Source: Azolla caroliniana (lineage: Eukaryota > Plantae > Polypodiophyta). From it: 64,000 nucleotides of DNA. The stretch is taken from the NCBI GenBank assembly GCA_043228905.1, contig JBHGNT010000009.1, forward strand, positions 9,796,001 to 9,860,000, in the 5' to 3' direction. Numbering within the stretch: position 1 is the stretch's first letter; each line of letters starts with the position of its first letter. The notes beneath the pieces were generated by a model. That model was not told the DNA's origin. It saw only the letters and a program-made list of their open reading frames with translations, and ran no database searches. Positions 1 through 13,139 of the stretch are shown one piece after another. A program made the translations under genes and the position numbers.

Positions 1-3000
1 TCTCGGCTCATCTCGTTCTCCCACGGTATCGCTACCCATGAGGCGATCGTCCTTTCGATGGGCATAATCAGCTTTTGTCCATACATAAGCTCCGTCGGCA
101 TATACCCTGTCACCGAGCTATGTGTCGTTCTATCGGCCCACAAGGCATAGGGTAATAGTCGTGGCCAATTCCCGACTCGACCGTTGCATGCCCGTACGAT
201 GGCTTTAACGATAGGTCCATGCCCTCGCTCGATCTTCCCATTCGCTTCCGGATTATAGGCAGTCGTGAGGGAGAGCTTCACGCCTAGTCTTTCGAAGAGC
301 TCTGTCGCTTCGTGCGCGTCCAACTCCCCTTGGTCGGCCACTATCTTCCCTACACATCCATATCGGCAAACAACCTCTTCAAGCAGAAATTTGCAAACGG
401 CTGAAGTCGTCTTATTTGTCAAGGCTCATCCTTCCACTTGATTCGTCAAGTCTTCCCTCGCCAGCGATAAGTACATTATTTGTCCCACTCCCATTGGCAT
501 CGAGACCAGATCCACCATCCATTTGAAGTGTATGGTGAGTGGGTATGTCGGCTGTAACTCATCATGATGACGTATATTTGAATATATTTGGCAAGTTTCG
601 CATGTGGACACAAAATGGAGTACATCTTTGTACATGCTTGGCCACCAATACTTCTCCTTCAACTTTTCGAACGTCGCCCATGTTCCTCTATGACCTGCCC
701 AAGCACTCTCGTGGAATTCGGTCATCAGCGTCTCTTGCTCTTCTTTCTTTACCACTACTCGACGTGGTATTCCTGTCCTTCTTTTTGGATGTTGCCAAAG
801 GAATCCTCCCTTCAAGAAGTATCGGTAAGCTTTCTTTCGGATCCGTAGGGCCTCCTCCTTTGTCAACGAAGCATCTGTCGTCAATGTTCTTAGGAATCTA
901 CCGATGAGTAACCACTCTCCTTCGTACTCGTTCTCGTTGAAGGCGTGGAGGGTTTGCGTGTCCTGGTCTTCCGCCGACAATCGAGCCATCTTGAAGAAGT
1001 CGAGGGCGACATCTTCATCTTCCAAAACCATGTTACTTCCGTTTGAAAATCTTGCCCTCGACAGCATGTCAGCCATGGCGTTCTTCTTCCCTGCAATGTG
1101 ACGGATCTCTGGGTTTAAAGACTTGATGTAGGCGATCCACCTTAGCATAGCAAGATCTGGGGTCGCACATCCCAAGACCATTCCGAGAATTGGGAGACAA
1201 TCTGTCTCTATTATCACTTCTGACCCGATCAGGTAATCTTTGTCCGTCTTCACTGCCGACACAATACCCCAAAGTTCCCGCTTGACTTGGGCATATATTT
1301 GTTGCCGTTCGCTGAGAACCTTTGCTCCGAACCGGACGGCATATCGCGCATTATCTTCACCTTCTTGATTGATGACCCACCCGATTCCAGTTGGGCTCGT
1401 ATCTACGGTCACGTAAATTGGTTTCCCTTCGGCATAGTCGGCCTTCCTTAGTGCCGGAGCTTCAAGAAGCAGTTTCTTTAATCTTCCCAGCGCCTTTGTG
1501 TGCTCGTCTCGCCATTCGAACTTTATTCTTTTCTTTAGTAGTCCATATAACGGTTCAGCGACATGAGCGTAGTGAGGAATCCATATATGATAAAACGCGC
1601 ACGCTCCAACGAACCTTCGAACCTCCGTATGGGTTTCACATTCTTCTTTCATGTCTTGGATTGCATTCACTTTGGATGGCGAGGGCTTCCGGCCGTATGC
1701 TCCACACAAGTGACCTACCACCAAGATCTCCGGTTGCCCGAATGCGGATTTTTCTCCCGAAAATGTCAAATTCGCATCTTCGAGCCTTTGAAGCACCTTC
1801 TCGCAATCTTTCATATGATCCGCAACGAACTTTCTACAACCTTCCTTATCTTTCGATTCATCTTTCTCCTCATCCGAACATCCTTTTATCGGAGTATCAT
1901 CCAAGAATGGCATCGTGATGTCCGGAATGCAATCCTTCAAGACTTTATTCATGGCATTCACCATATGAGCCACCGAGTTCGTTGCGCCTTGGGGTAAGGT
2001 ACACATCAGCACAAGCCCGATCGGAGTCCTCATGGTTGTAATGTCCCGACTGTCGATCGCCAATTGGAATTAGTCATATCCGGAGTAGAGATCGCCAATG
2101 GAGTAGATGGACCGACCCGCAAACGCTTCGGCAAATTCGTCCACGCTTGGACCGATTCCGGCATTTCGAATTGTCACCTTGTTGACGGGTTGAAGATCTT
2201 GGATGAATCGCAATGATCCATTCTTCTTCGGCACCGTGAACCACCTATTGGAATAAGGAGCATTCGACGGTTCTAGAATTCCCATACTCACCTTCTCCTT
2301 TAAGAGCTCGATCAGCTTCGGAAGGTGTGCTCTCGGAACCGGTATCGGTTTCAAATTCCAAGGCACATGAGGCACCGTGAAGATCACCATCGGCTCTATA
2401 ACCTTTGGGCCGGCGCATCAGATTTCTCATGGGAAGAATGCGAAAGCCTTCCCATGTCTCTCAAGCATATCGCGAAACATTCGCTCCTCTTCAGGGAGAA
2501 GGAAATCCTCCTTTCCAACTCGTAGCTTCCCCTTCGTCTCTTTGGTGAAGACATGACCTATCTTCTTCGGATCTCTTAAGCTTGGATCATTAGCGACTTC
2601 CTTCATCTTTTTCCAACTATCTTCCGGTAGCGGAACCGCAACTGGCTTGATCTTCTTATCCACCGTTTTATATTTCGTGTTGATGTCAGCTTCCTTCATC
2701 GAGATGCCACGACGGTATTCATCGATGATAGCGTACATGTTGACGGAGTTAACCGAAATCACGCGTTGGTTGTGAAGATAGCTCAAGTCCACGACGTCCT
2801 CGATTTCGCCGATGGTGTCGTTAAATGAGGCTTCTTCCATAATATGAGTCACGAACTCTCCTTCTTCTATTATGTTCTCTTCTTTCAGCATCTTCTCGAA
2901 TTCTTGTATCCGGCGCTTGTGCTTCTTGTCGGGTAGTACTAGTTTACATGCGCCACTAGGTGTGACACATGTTGCTTCTCCTTGAAATCCACGCACTCTT

Positions 3001-3071
3001 CTTTCTTGTGGGGTCTTGTGATTGCTCGGACTATTTGTGCCCCATGCTTCAATAGTCCGCTCTAAAAATCC
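1..3071 (-). pseudogene. pol: T1 pol (RT-RNaseH-integrase), interrupted by stops/frameshift
   Basis: ORF pieces 2427-2996, 2070-2390 and 426-2063 carry RT, RH and INT zinc-finger motifs; the integrase core continues to base 1 after a stop. Confidence 0.9.
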
Positions 3072-5263
3072 GAGGATTCGCCTCCGAGACTATCTCGATT
3101 CCTTTCATGATTGGCTCGCACCGTTAGGAAGTGGACCGATCTTTGGTTGTCAAGACTCTTTATTCGTGCGAAGGCTGCTCCATTATCGAACACTTTGGTC
3201 TCCATCCGAGATGATGTGATATAAGGTTGCCCTAGGATGACAGGATGCGACGCCGATTCTTGTACGAAGAAGTGTTGATCCATCTCCACATCCCCGATCG
3301 TGACTTTGACATTGGGACAAGCTCCGTACAAATCCTCCGTAGACTTTGTTGCCGCACGAATCTTCCATCCGTGGTTTGTATTGATTGGCCATCTTCCTTT
3401 TTTGTAGAATTCGGTTGACATGAGGTTGATCTCCGAGCCATGATCGATCAAGGCTACCACGGTCTCTTTCTTCTTCCCAATCTTCACCGGCGTCTCCGTT
3501 GTCGCTCGTGCCCAATGAGGTCGAGTGTAGTGGCTGTCCACCATATCTTCATCGATTTCCTCTCTTGCCATTGTTATGGCATTCGTTTTTGCTTTTTGCG
3601 GCTTCTCTTCTTCCTCGTCCGATTGTTGTCTCTTTCTCTTTACAAGGTCCACGATCGTGTCATGGAACTCTTTCGTAATGCCAAGCAATTCCCTCAAGGA
3701 CAAAGTTACGTGGCTATCAAGAACTCGTTCTTCGAGAATCTTCTTTAGGTCCGTCGTCTGCTCTATGTCCGACCTTAGCTTATAGGTAGGTATAGTCCTT
3801 GTCCTCCGAGCGGGGTCTTCGACATCAACCTTCACGGGCCGAACCGTTTCTTCAACTCGTATGCCCGACTCCCCTTTTCGGCTTGATTCTCGTTCCTTTG
3901 TTTGTAAAGGTCGACTCGTCTCCGCATCGTCCTTCTTTTTCGCGTTCCTTGTTTCATGTCTTTTTTATGGGCCTTGCTCTTCTATTCTCTTTCTCTTTTC
4001 TTCGACGAACACCTCGTGGTTGTCGCACATCACCTCTGCGAGTATGGTGTTGTCGTCCACCAGATCCGACCACCCGGTTATGCGTTGCACGCTTCGGTCC
4101 GCAAGCTCTACCTCGTTCGATGTGAATTTTCCCTTCTTCTAATATTCGAGAACGGAAGTCCAAAACTTTGCTCCCGCTCTAGCAGCTTCAGTCTTGTCTT
4201 TCCCGACTCTTATTCCGGCCGACGCAGCATAGTGCATCGCATCCACATGAGTCGCATCGGCATCCTCCATAGATTTCTTCATTCCTCCTCTTCCGAAATT
4301 CACCCATAGGGGTCTTCTAGTCTCGCTTGAGCAGATCATGTTGTCCTCTATGTATACGATATTTTGTCGAATCGCCTCTCGAAGGCTCGCACAATCCCTT
4401 CTCATGTGGTCCATGCTATCGCACCACACGCATCTAAAGGGTTCTTTTCCTTTAGGGCCCCGACGATTCATGTTGGCTAGCGTGACCTTCTCGAACTTCT
4501 TCGCTAGCTCTTCAATGATGTCGTCATCAATCTTCTTTTCTTCCACGTTACTTTGTCTCAGCGGCTCAGCTACTTTTGGCGGTCTTGCTTTCTCCGTGGT
4601 AGTTGGTCCCGTCAAGTCAGTGTCACCAACCCATTGGCGACGCTTGTCGAGCCTATTGCATGCCCGCTTCACCGCAATCCAGTCCGCTACGAGCCCATTT
4701 GCTTGGGTATCATCTTCGAGAAGAGTTCCCAACTCCCGTCTATCCTTTATGTCCACGGCCTTCAAGAAGTACAAAGTCTTGTCCTCTTCAAGCAACACTT
4801 GGTCCGTATTGGGGAGACGACTAAACATCTGGTCGAATTCGTCGTACACCCTCGAGACGCTCATCTTCTTATTCTTCTTCTCTATCCACTTCATCAGGGC
4901 ATGTTGAGTCATCCTCGTTGAGTCTTCAGTCACGAACTCCGCTAGTATCATTTTCTCGAACTCGGACCATGTTGTCTTACCTTCTTGAAGCTCGATGACG
5001 CGTCTTTGGATGTTGTTGGCGACAACTCTCTTGAAGCTTGCGATTTGACGTGCCTCGGACACGTCCCTCTAATTCATCTCCCTTCTATATGCATCAAGGA
5101 ACTTCGTAACGTTCCTTCCATCGAATTGGCCCTCGAGCTCTACAACACGATCGACAGCCTTCTCCACGCTCGCGTCGTTGTCCCGAGATCTCATCATTTG
5201 CTCGACGATTAGCATCATCCTTTCGAGCTCTCCTGCTTGGTTGCTTGAGGACACCATCTCCAA
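3062..5263 (-). pseudogene. gag: T1 gag-protease ORF, disrupted
   Basis: ORFs 5069-5263, 4139-5062 (CCHC knuckle) and 3062-3835 (aspartic protease DHG motif) are colinear with copy T3. Confidence 0.9.
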
Positions 5264-5298
5264 GTATTAATCTCGACTTGATCCTTCCTACCGCCTCT

Positions 5299-5316
5299 TT
5301 CACGTCGGGCTCACCA
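5299..5316 (-). promoter_or_regulatory. Primer-binding site, tRNA-Trp
   Basis: TGGTGAGCCCGACGTGAA 5 nt inside the LTR end; complementary to the eukaryotic tRNA-Trp 3' end (..TTCACGTCGGGTTCACCA) apart from one position. Confidence 0.85.
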
Positions 5317-5321
5317 CTTAA

Positions 5322-5933
5322 TGTCGCGAAGATGCGCGTGCGAGCATGCTTCGCTTGAGCGGGACCACCGGGGTCTTGGACCAAGGAGGATGTCCATCAA
5401 GGTATTGAGAAGAGGACGATGTGAATGTAAGATTGGAGGAAGAACTATTACACTTGAGAAGATTGAAGATTGTACACTTTGAGAAGTAGATAAATAATTA
5501 CAAGATAGATGTGAAGAAGAAGAAATAGAAGCTTATATTATTGATGGTGATGATGATGGTCATATCATATTGAGCCCCCCCCTTACACAAGCCGTACTAG
5601 GGGTTTTATAGGTTTGTCCATGCACAAAACCATGGGCTTGGAGCCATGGTTTTTGTGCACACAGTTTTGCTTTTGTTCATTTGTTTCCTACGGAATACTG
5701 AATATGAGAAAGAAATATAGAACATCAAAAGCACTTAGTAGTAGCTTTAGTGATAAGGTAATTGCCTCTTACCTTAGAGGTGCAAGGTTCAAATCCTACT
5801 TGCAACCCTCTACATGCACTCAATGCCATTGTGACCTAGGTTTATTTATTTTCATTTTTACAAGTATTCGTGAAATGTGTGTGGATCCTCAATTTTTGAC
5901 TTTTTCTCGCACTAGACATGCCACATCACGACA
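5322..5933 (-). repeat. T1 5' LTR (612 bp)
   Basis: Minus-strand termini TGTCGTG...CGCGACA match the T3 LTR termini; TATA-like CCTATAAAA on minus; adjacent PBS. Confidence 0.85.
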
Positions 5934-8900
5934 GCGCACCTCGACCTTCTCGGTCTGCTTGTTTGCTTATAAGGCCCATCTCAGCTCCTTCATTGTTGCG
6001 ACTCCGTAGGTTCCTCCATGTCGGTTTCGACTTCCGCTACGTCCTCGTCCGTTTGGCCTTCAGTTGATTCGGCTCCTCCAAATCGAACGCCATTTCTGAA
6101 TCGGGTACCTCCGATTCATTCCAGCTCTTGTTCGAATTGGCTGTCTTCAATTCTTCTTGAACCGTCAGGCCCTTCATCATATCAGACCATGTTCGGGTCT
6201 TGGCCTTCTCTTTCCGATCGGCTCTATCTTTCTTGACTCTACCACCGTCGTCGCTTGTTCCGACTTGTTCGGATGTACCAACTTCTTCAATCGACTTGAC
6301 TCCCTTTTTCTTCTTGTCTCCCCCTGTTTCGGTTGTTTTTGGCTCTAGCTTCTCTTTATGGTCCCTCACCCAGACTCTTACAAGTCTCCATTTGTCCATT
6401 CTATTTGCACATGTTCTGAATCTATCCTAGGCTTCTTTCGCTGACCCGAACACTCTAACTTCTTTAGTCGGACCGAAATCAAGTTCGGTATTCGATTCAG
6501 TTTTTTAGACATTATCATCTCTCTCCTCAGGCTTCACCTCTCCCCCTAAAATTCGGCACATCGAGGTGTTGGAGACCAAGTAGACCTGAAAAATGTCGCA
6601 ACTTGTCCAGGGCGAGAGGTTTGGTGAAGATGTCAGCAGTCTGTCGATCCGTCGGAACATACACTAGTTTCACTTCACCGGAGAGGACTTGCTCTCGGAA
6701 CAAATGGTAATGCACCTCAATGTGCTTTTTCAGGCGTGGAAGAAAGGGTTCTTCGCCAATTGGATGTTGCTGAGGTTGTTGCAATAGATCGTCTTCGGAT
6801 CAGACACCTCCACTTGCAGATCCTTCAATAACCATTTGAGCAAAATGGCTTCGCACGTTGCGACAACTGCTCATCGATACTCGGCCTAAGTGTTCGATAA
6901 TGCGATTGTCAGCTGCTTCTTGTTGCTCCAGGTGACCACAACACTCCCAAGTGAAAATGTGAATACGGAAGTTAACCTTCGATTGCCAATGTTTCCGGCC
7001 CAATCGACATCCGTATGGCCAACAAGCGGTCCGGTTATACCGGCTCAATACAGCAACCCCCGGTCTTTAGTGACGCTAACATACCTGAGTATTCGGTGTG
7101 CACACTGAAGGTGCTCCACGGTCGGATGCGCCTTGAAGAATTGACCGATCAAGCCGACCAGATAGATGAGATCCGACTGGGTCATGGCCAGGTATATAAG
7201 CCTTCCGACTATCTGTCAGAGCCGTTTCGTGTCACATGTCGTTCCAAAGTCGGGGTGAAGCTTCACATTCCTATCGAGAGGAGTTTATACAGAATTACAT
7301 TCCATCATACCGAATGTGAAGAGCATACTCAACACATAGTGGCATTGAATGATCAGTATGCTTTTCAAGGTTCGGATCACTTCGATCCCGAGGAAGTAAT
7401 GAAGGTTCCCGAGATCCTTCATGTCAAAGGATGTTGCGGACTTGACGTGGTTAATTTCTTCCAGGTCGGCGCCGGCGATGACTAGATCATCCACATAGAC
7501 CAAAATGTTTATCGGTCCATTCCGGCCCTGCTAGATGAAGAGTGAAGAATCCGACTTGAATGTGGCAAGCCCTATCTGATGCAATCGTTGCGTGGTCTTC
7601 GCATTCCAGGCACACGGGGCTTGCTTTAGTTTGTAAAGTAAGTTCTTTAGTCAGCAAACAACCGATGTGTTCATTCTGGACTGAAATCTAGGTGTTTGAA
7701 TCATATACACTTGTTCGTCAAGATCACCTTGCAAGAACGCGTTTTTCACATCCATCTGATGTAGATGCCACCCCTTCGCCGTTGCCACCGCAAGCAAGAC
7801 ACAGACTGTTGTATCTTCGCAACCAGCGTGAAGGCCTCGTCATAATCGATGCCATGCTGTTGCGTGTAACCTTTTGCCACAAGTCGGGCCTTGTACCATT
7901 TGATGGAGCCATCAACATTGTATTTGACTGGCTTCATTCCTTTCGGTACATCCACCAAGTCCCATGTCTCATTTTCCATGAGGGCGTGCATCTCTTCCTC
8001 CATGGCCTTTTGCCACTTCGGATCCTTAGCAACTTCTGTGTAGCTCTCCAGCTCACGCACAACTGCCACCTCCACCGTGTATGCATAATGATGCACCATA
8101 TATTTGTTATATCTGTAATGAATTACGGGTTGCTTTTGGTAGGTAGATCGACACAACTTCTAGTTCGCCGATTTCATGGCCCTCCTAGCTGACTCAGACT
8201 TCGCTTCCGAAGATCCATCTTTGTTCTTTCCGGAGTCGGACTTGCTCTGATCCGTCTCTTCCCTATCCGTACCCTTCCCAAATCTACCAACGTCCGATGT
8301 CGACTTGCGCCACATCATTCTCCTCCGGCGTGTATTTCTAGGAGAACTCTCATCGGATTCCCTTGGTCTGTAGATAAGTAGTGAACTGGCCAAACAAGTT
8401 CTCTTTTCCGCCATCCGATCTCAAACACTTGATCTTCCTTCCGGTTTCTCGTTCAACACGATTCTTTAAGTCCTAGAAGCACAAGAAGACTTCGCGCTTC
8501 TTCTCGATTAAGTAGATCTAGGTGTGTCGGCCGAAATCGTTGATGAAGGAGACGAAATATCGACTCCCAACGATGTTGACATTTGGAGCTGATTCCCACA
8601 CATTCGAATGGATGCGATCGAGCCGATTCAGATTCCAATTCTTCTCATTGGGGAATGGAAGCCTATGTTGCTTCCGGAGCTGACAAGCTTCACATATTTG
8701 GGTTTTTTGGCCACTAAACTTCGGCAGTCTGAAAACAACATGTTTTGACTACATCTCATGAAGCTACCAAAAGTTGATGTGACTAATCCATTTGTGCCAG
8801 ACTCCAGAGGTCGATGTCCGACTCGACCTTTTGCCCTTTCACATCACCTCCCATATCGCAGCGTCGATTTTGTCCGGTCTCTTGTCCCCGAATTGAACCT

Positions 8901-9049
8901 GCAGCCAGAGGTCTTTAACCATGAGCATGTCCCTCATCTTCGACTTCCACACTGAATAGTTGGAGCCGGTGAGCTTGAACATGGCGCCAAACGATTCGTC
9001 CATTTTCTGTGTCGTTTCGCTCTGATACCACTTGACGAGAACTGTACAC

Positions 9050-12000
9050 TCCTCTGTTTTCGTCTTTGGGATTTGCTTACCGGATAATCTATAGTTTGCC
9101 GGAAGTGTCGATCCGACTGGTTTCGCATCTGACATGTTGAACCGGTGAAGCACCTTTGTCACGTACTTCTCCTGTGACAACCATAATTGCTTCGCTGGCC
9201 GGTTCCGTATAATATGCATCCCCAACATCTGTCTTGCTGGACCCAAGTCTTTCATTGAGAATGTCCGGTTGAGAGCCTTCTTCAGCAACCGTATTTTGAG
9301 TTGGTCACGTCCGACGATCAACATGTCATCCACGTACAGAAGGAATATCAGGAAGTCGCCTCCTTCGAACTTCTTCACAAACACGCAGTGGTCGGCCTGC
9401 CTCTTGTGGTACCCTTGATCGGTCATGAAGGAATCGAACTTCTGGTACCATTGTCGGGGAGCCTGCTTTAGTCCGTACAGGCTCTTCTTCAGCCGGCACA
9501 CCAGGTGCTCCTTCCCTTTCTCCACGAATCCTTCCGGTTGCTACATGTAGATCTCTTCTTCGAGGTCACCGTGAAGGAATGCCGTCTTCACGTCTAGTTG
9601 CTCTACCTCAAGGTCCATGCTTGCTACTATACTTAGCACCGTCCAGATGGAGGTCATCTTTACTACTGGGGCAAATATCTCGTAGAAGTCCACGCCCTTC
9701 TTTTGCTGGAACCCCTTCACCACGATCCTGGCTTTGTATCTCGGGGGGTTGCCGGCTTCTCCCGGTTTCAACTTGTACACCCACTTGTTTCGCAATGCCC
9801 GCTTTCCTTTCGGCAACTCCACCAATTCGTACGTATGGTTCTCATGCAGGGAATCCATCTCATCCTGCATGGCACTTAACCATTTTCGGCTGTGGGTGTC
9901 TTCCTTCGCTTCTTCGAAGCTTTCTGGCTCCCCCTCATCGGTCAGCAGAACATGCTCTGCATCCGGAAATCTCCGGGGGGCCCTTCTCTCTCTGAGAGGA
10001 TATCTCCGTCTCTAGGCTTCAGTGACCGGCTCATCCATCTGCTCTTCATCCGAATCTGATTCGGGGTCTTGGCTGGTTCCGGTTTCAGCTTCCTCTACTT
10101 CTTCTTCAGCCTGTTCGGTATCCTCACCGTAACCGGCTGGTTCCTCGAGTGCTAACCGGTCTCTTGCCGGTTGGGTCTGTTCATCGTAGAGTCGATCCTT
10201 ACCGGTCGACTCAGAGTTCATGATCTTCTTCTCCGACTCCTAGTCTGCGAGCGTCTTGTTCTCCATGAAGATAATATCTCGACTCCGGAATACCTTCTTG
10301 TCGACCAAGTCCCACACTCAGTAGCAAAACTCATCATCACCGTAACCGAGGAATATGCATGGCCGGGTCTTTGGATCTAACTTTCCTCTCCAGTCCTTCG
10401 CTACATGCGCGTACGCGAGACACCCGAACACCTTCAGATGCAGGTAGGATACTTCCTTACCGGTCCACACTCTCTGTGGAGTGTCTCCGTCCAAGGGTAC
10501 TGAGGATGATCTGTTTATCACATATGTCGCCGTCGACAGTGCCTCAACCCAAAACTTCTTGGGTAGTTTTGCATGCGCTAGCATACTCTGGACCCTCTCC
10601 ATTATGGTCTGGTTCATCCTCTCGGCCAGTCCGTTTAGTTCCGGCGTCTTCGGCACGGTAAATTCGAGCTGGATTCCCTTCGAGCGGCAGTACTCCTCGA
10701 ACTGCCCCCGGTATTCTCCTCCGTTATCTGCTCGAACCGCCTTCAGCTTCCGGCCGGTTTTTCTTTCCACTCTCGCGTGGATCTCTTTGAAGACGGATAA
10801 CACCTGATCCTTCATCTTCAACAGTGTGGCCCACAGCTTCCGGCTTTGGTCATCTATGAACGTCACGAAGTATTGCGCTCCGGCATGTGACTTCGTGTCT
10901 ACTTGACACACATCCGTATGCACCAACTCCAGTGGTGCATTACGTCTCATCGGTGGCCTTGGTCGGAAGGAGGTCCGGTTCTGCTTACCGGCCAGACAAT
11001 CAATGCACTTCTCTAAGTGCACGTTCTTCACTAGAATGAGGTTGTTGTCTGCAAGCCTCTTCATCCCCTTCTCGCTCAATTGACACAACCTCTTGTGCCA
11101 CAGCTCACCGGCAGTGTCGGATGCCACGTTCACTTCTTCCGGGCATTCATTAGGTACAATGTGTTTACCTTCCGGGCCCGAGCCACAATCAGGCTCCCTT
11201 TGCTGAATTTCATGACATCGTTCTGGATGTTACCCGTGTAGCCCTCATCATCTAGCCGACCGGCTGATATCAGGTTCAGTCGAACCTCCGGAATGTGTCG
11301 GACATCCCTCATCAGCAACTTGCATCCGGTTGGTGTCGACAGCCCCACGTCTCCTATGCCGACAATTCGGCATGTACCTTCATTCCCCATCCGGACACAG
11401 CCGTGATCACCGGCTGAGTAGGATGAGAAGCATTTCCGGTCCGGGGTAAGGTGGAACGACGCTCTGGAGTCTACCACCCAAGTCATCTCGCCGCCGACAA
11501 GGTTTATCTCACTCTCCTCGGTGATGAGCATCAACTCCTCTTCACTTGCCGCGATTGCCATTGTTCCCTTCCGGTCCGGCCCCCTCCGGTCTTTACGGTT
11601 TCGGTTCGGGGTCCGCTTCGAATCGGTACCGTCGATCTCCTTATCTTTTCGGAAATGCCGACAGTTCTTTTGGAAGTGTCCTGGCTTGCCGCAATAGAAG
11701 CAAGTGGGCCTCCCCCTTGACTTTGACCGTGTCCCCGACTTCTCCCGGTTCTCGGGACTACGGTTTCTATGTCTTCCGCGTTCCAATTCGGTAAGGAGTG
11801 CTTTGGAGTCGGAGCTCATATCCTTATCTTTCTGATGCACCTCCTCATCTAGCAGGCTCGACTTCACCCTTGCTAGGGATAACCGTTTTCCTTCCGGCCC
11901 GGCGTTGCCCAAAGTGACAACCAACGTCTCCCAGCTATCTGGGAGGGAACCGAGCAGGAATAGGGCTAGTACCTCATCGGCGAGAGGTACTTCCAATGAA

Positions 12001-12396
12001 GTTGCCTGGTGGATCAGCCCCTGGAAGGGATTCATGTGCTCCGCCATGCTAGAGCCATCTTGGTACCCAGAGTCTTACTAGCTTCCGGAATACCGAAACC
12101 TGATTAACAACATTTTTGTTCTGAAACATTATGCCGATCTTCTCCGAGAGCTCATGAGGCTTGCTCTCTTCATTGAAGTTATTGTACATGCTCATGTCGA
12201 TGAAGCACCGTATGTACGCCGTTGTCTTCATGTGCATCACCTCCCATATCGCGGCGTCGATTTTGTCCGGTCTCTTGTCCCCGATCTGAACTGGCAGCCA
12301 GAGGTCTTTAACCACGAGCATGTCCCTCATCTTCGACTTCCACATTGAATAGTTGGAGCCGGTGAGCTTGAACATGCCGCCAAACGATTCGTCCAT
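9050..12396 (-). pseudogene. Copia B1 gag-pol, disrupted
   Basis: ORFs 12049-12468, 11130-12047 (CFYCGKPGHFQKNC; WVVDSRAS), 10318-11133 (integrase VHTDV/RADNGGEY/NGLAER), 9541-9870 and 8839-9525 (RT, LYVDDML). Confidence 0.9.
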
Positions 12397-12411
12397 TTTC
12401 TGTGTCGTTTC

Positions 12412-12423
12412 GCTCTGATACCA
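12412..12423 (-). promoter_or_regulatory. PBS tRNA-iMet (Copia B1); second copy at 9019-9030
   Basis: TGGTATCAGAGC 2 nt after the LTR end ...TCTCGTCA. Confidence 0.9.
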
Positions 12424-12425
12424 CT

Positions 12426-13139
12426 TGACGAGAACTGTACGCTCCTTGTACGCAACGCTCGGCCACAATCGAGCTTAGAACCATACACAGAGAATGGGAA
12501 ATAAAGAACGACACAATGGAAGAGAAGAGTACGAAGGATGTTTAACGTGGAAAACCCCAAACTAGGGAAAAACCACGGTAGCCCACAGGCTGCAAACTAT
12601 CACTAGGTTAGTATGTACAGCAGTGAGTTCACGGAGGCAACGACCTCGTGCTCACGATCTTCGCCACAGGCGGCGGTTACAACAGAGGCAACGACCTCTT
12701 TCTCTCTCTCTCTCTCTGTACACTGTTACGTGCTCTGATCTCACGTAGACAAGAAATAATACCAACCATTACTAAAAGTTTTCCCTAAGTCATATTTATT
12801 CTGATATGACTTTTCAGCTATTTGCACATATAGCCTCGATGGACTCTCAGAAACATATTTACGAATATGTCTCTTCATCCGGTGAGCATTCCTCACCGGG
12901 TCTGCACCATCCGGCTCTCCGTAGCCGGGTACTCCTCATCCGGTCCTTGCCGGGTCTGCACCATCCGGCTCTCCGTAGCCGGGTACTCCTCATCCGGTCC
13001 TCGCCGGGTCTGCATCATCCGGCTCTCCGTAGCCGGGTACTCCTCATATGGTTTCGGCCGAGGCCTGTCGGCCTCGGCTGAGTTTGTTCATCAGCACTGT
13101 TTTTCTCCCTTCCCATCCGGAGGGACGTGTCTCCCAACA
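12426..13139 (-). repeat. Copia B1 5' LTR with ~3 x 54-bp tandem repeat (12896-13045)
   Basis: Starts TGTTGGGAGACACGTCCCTCCGG on minus, homologous to the LTRs at 37478 and 42272. Confidence 0.9.

Larger units (their letters stand above)
1..5933 (-). mobile_element. Ty3/Gypsy LTR retrotransposon, tRNA-Trp-primed family, copy T1 (3' end outside window)
   Basis: On the minus strand: 5' LTR, PBS, gag (CVWCDSMDHMRRDC knuckle), protease (LIDHGSEIN), RT (TLPQGATNS, PFLDD), RNase H (VTVDTS) and integrase (H-x-GHRG...CETC, WMVDLV), in Gypsy order. Confidence 0.95.
8841..13139 (-). mobile_element. Ty1/Copia element B1, truncated, with second PBS/gag start
   Basis: 5' LTR 12426-13139, PBS, gag, protease, integrase and RT, closely related to 36030-42911. 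RT is fused at ~9050 to an LTR 3' end, PBS and gag start. No 3' LTR or TSD. Confidence 0.9.

Noticed and set aside
5741-5797. Intact tRNA gene
   Set aside because: No acceptor stem or full cloverleaf; only box-like motifs.
13015-13139. C-terminus of ORF 13015-13758 as a real protein tail
   Set aside because: Read-through into the inserted Copia B1 LTR.
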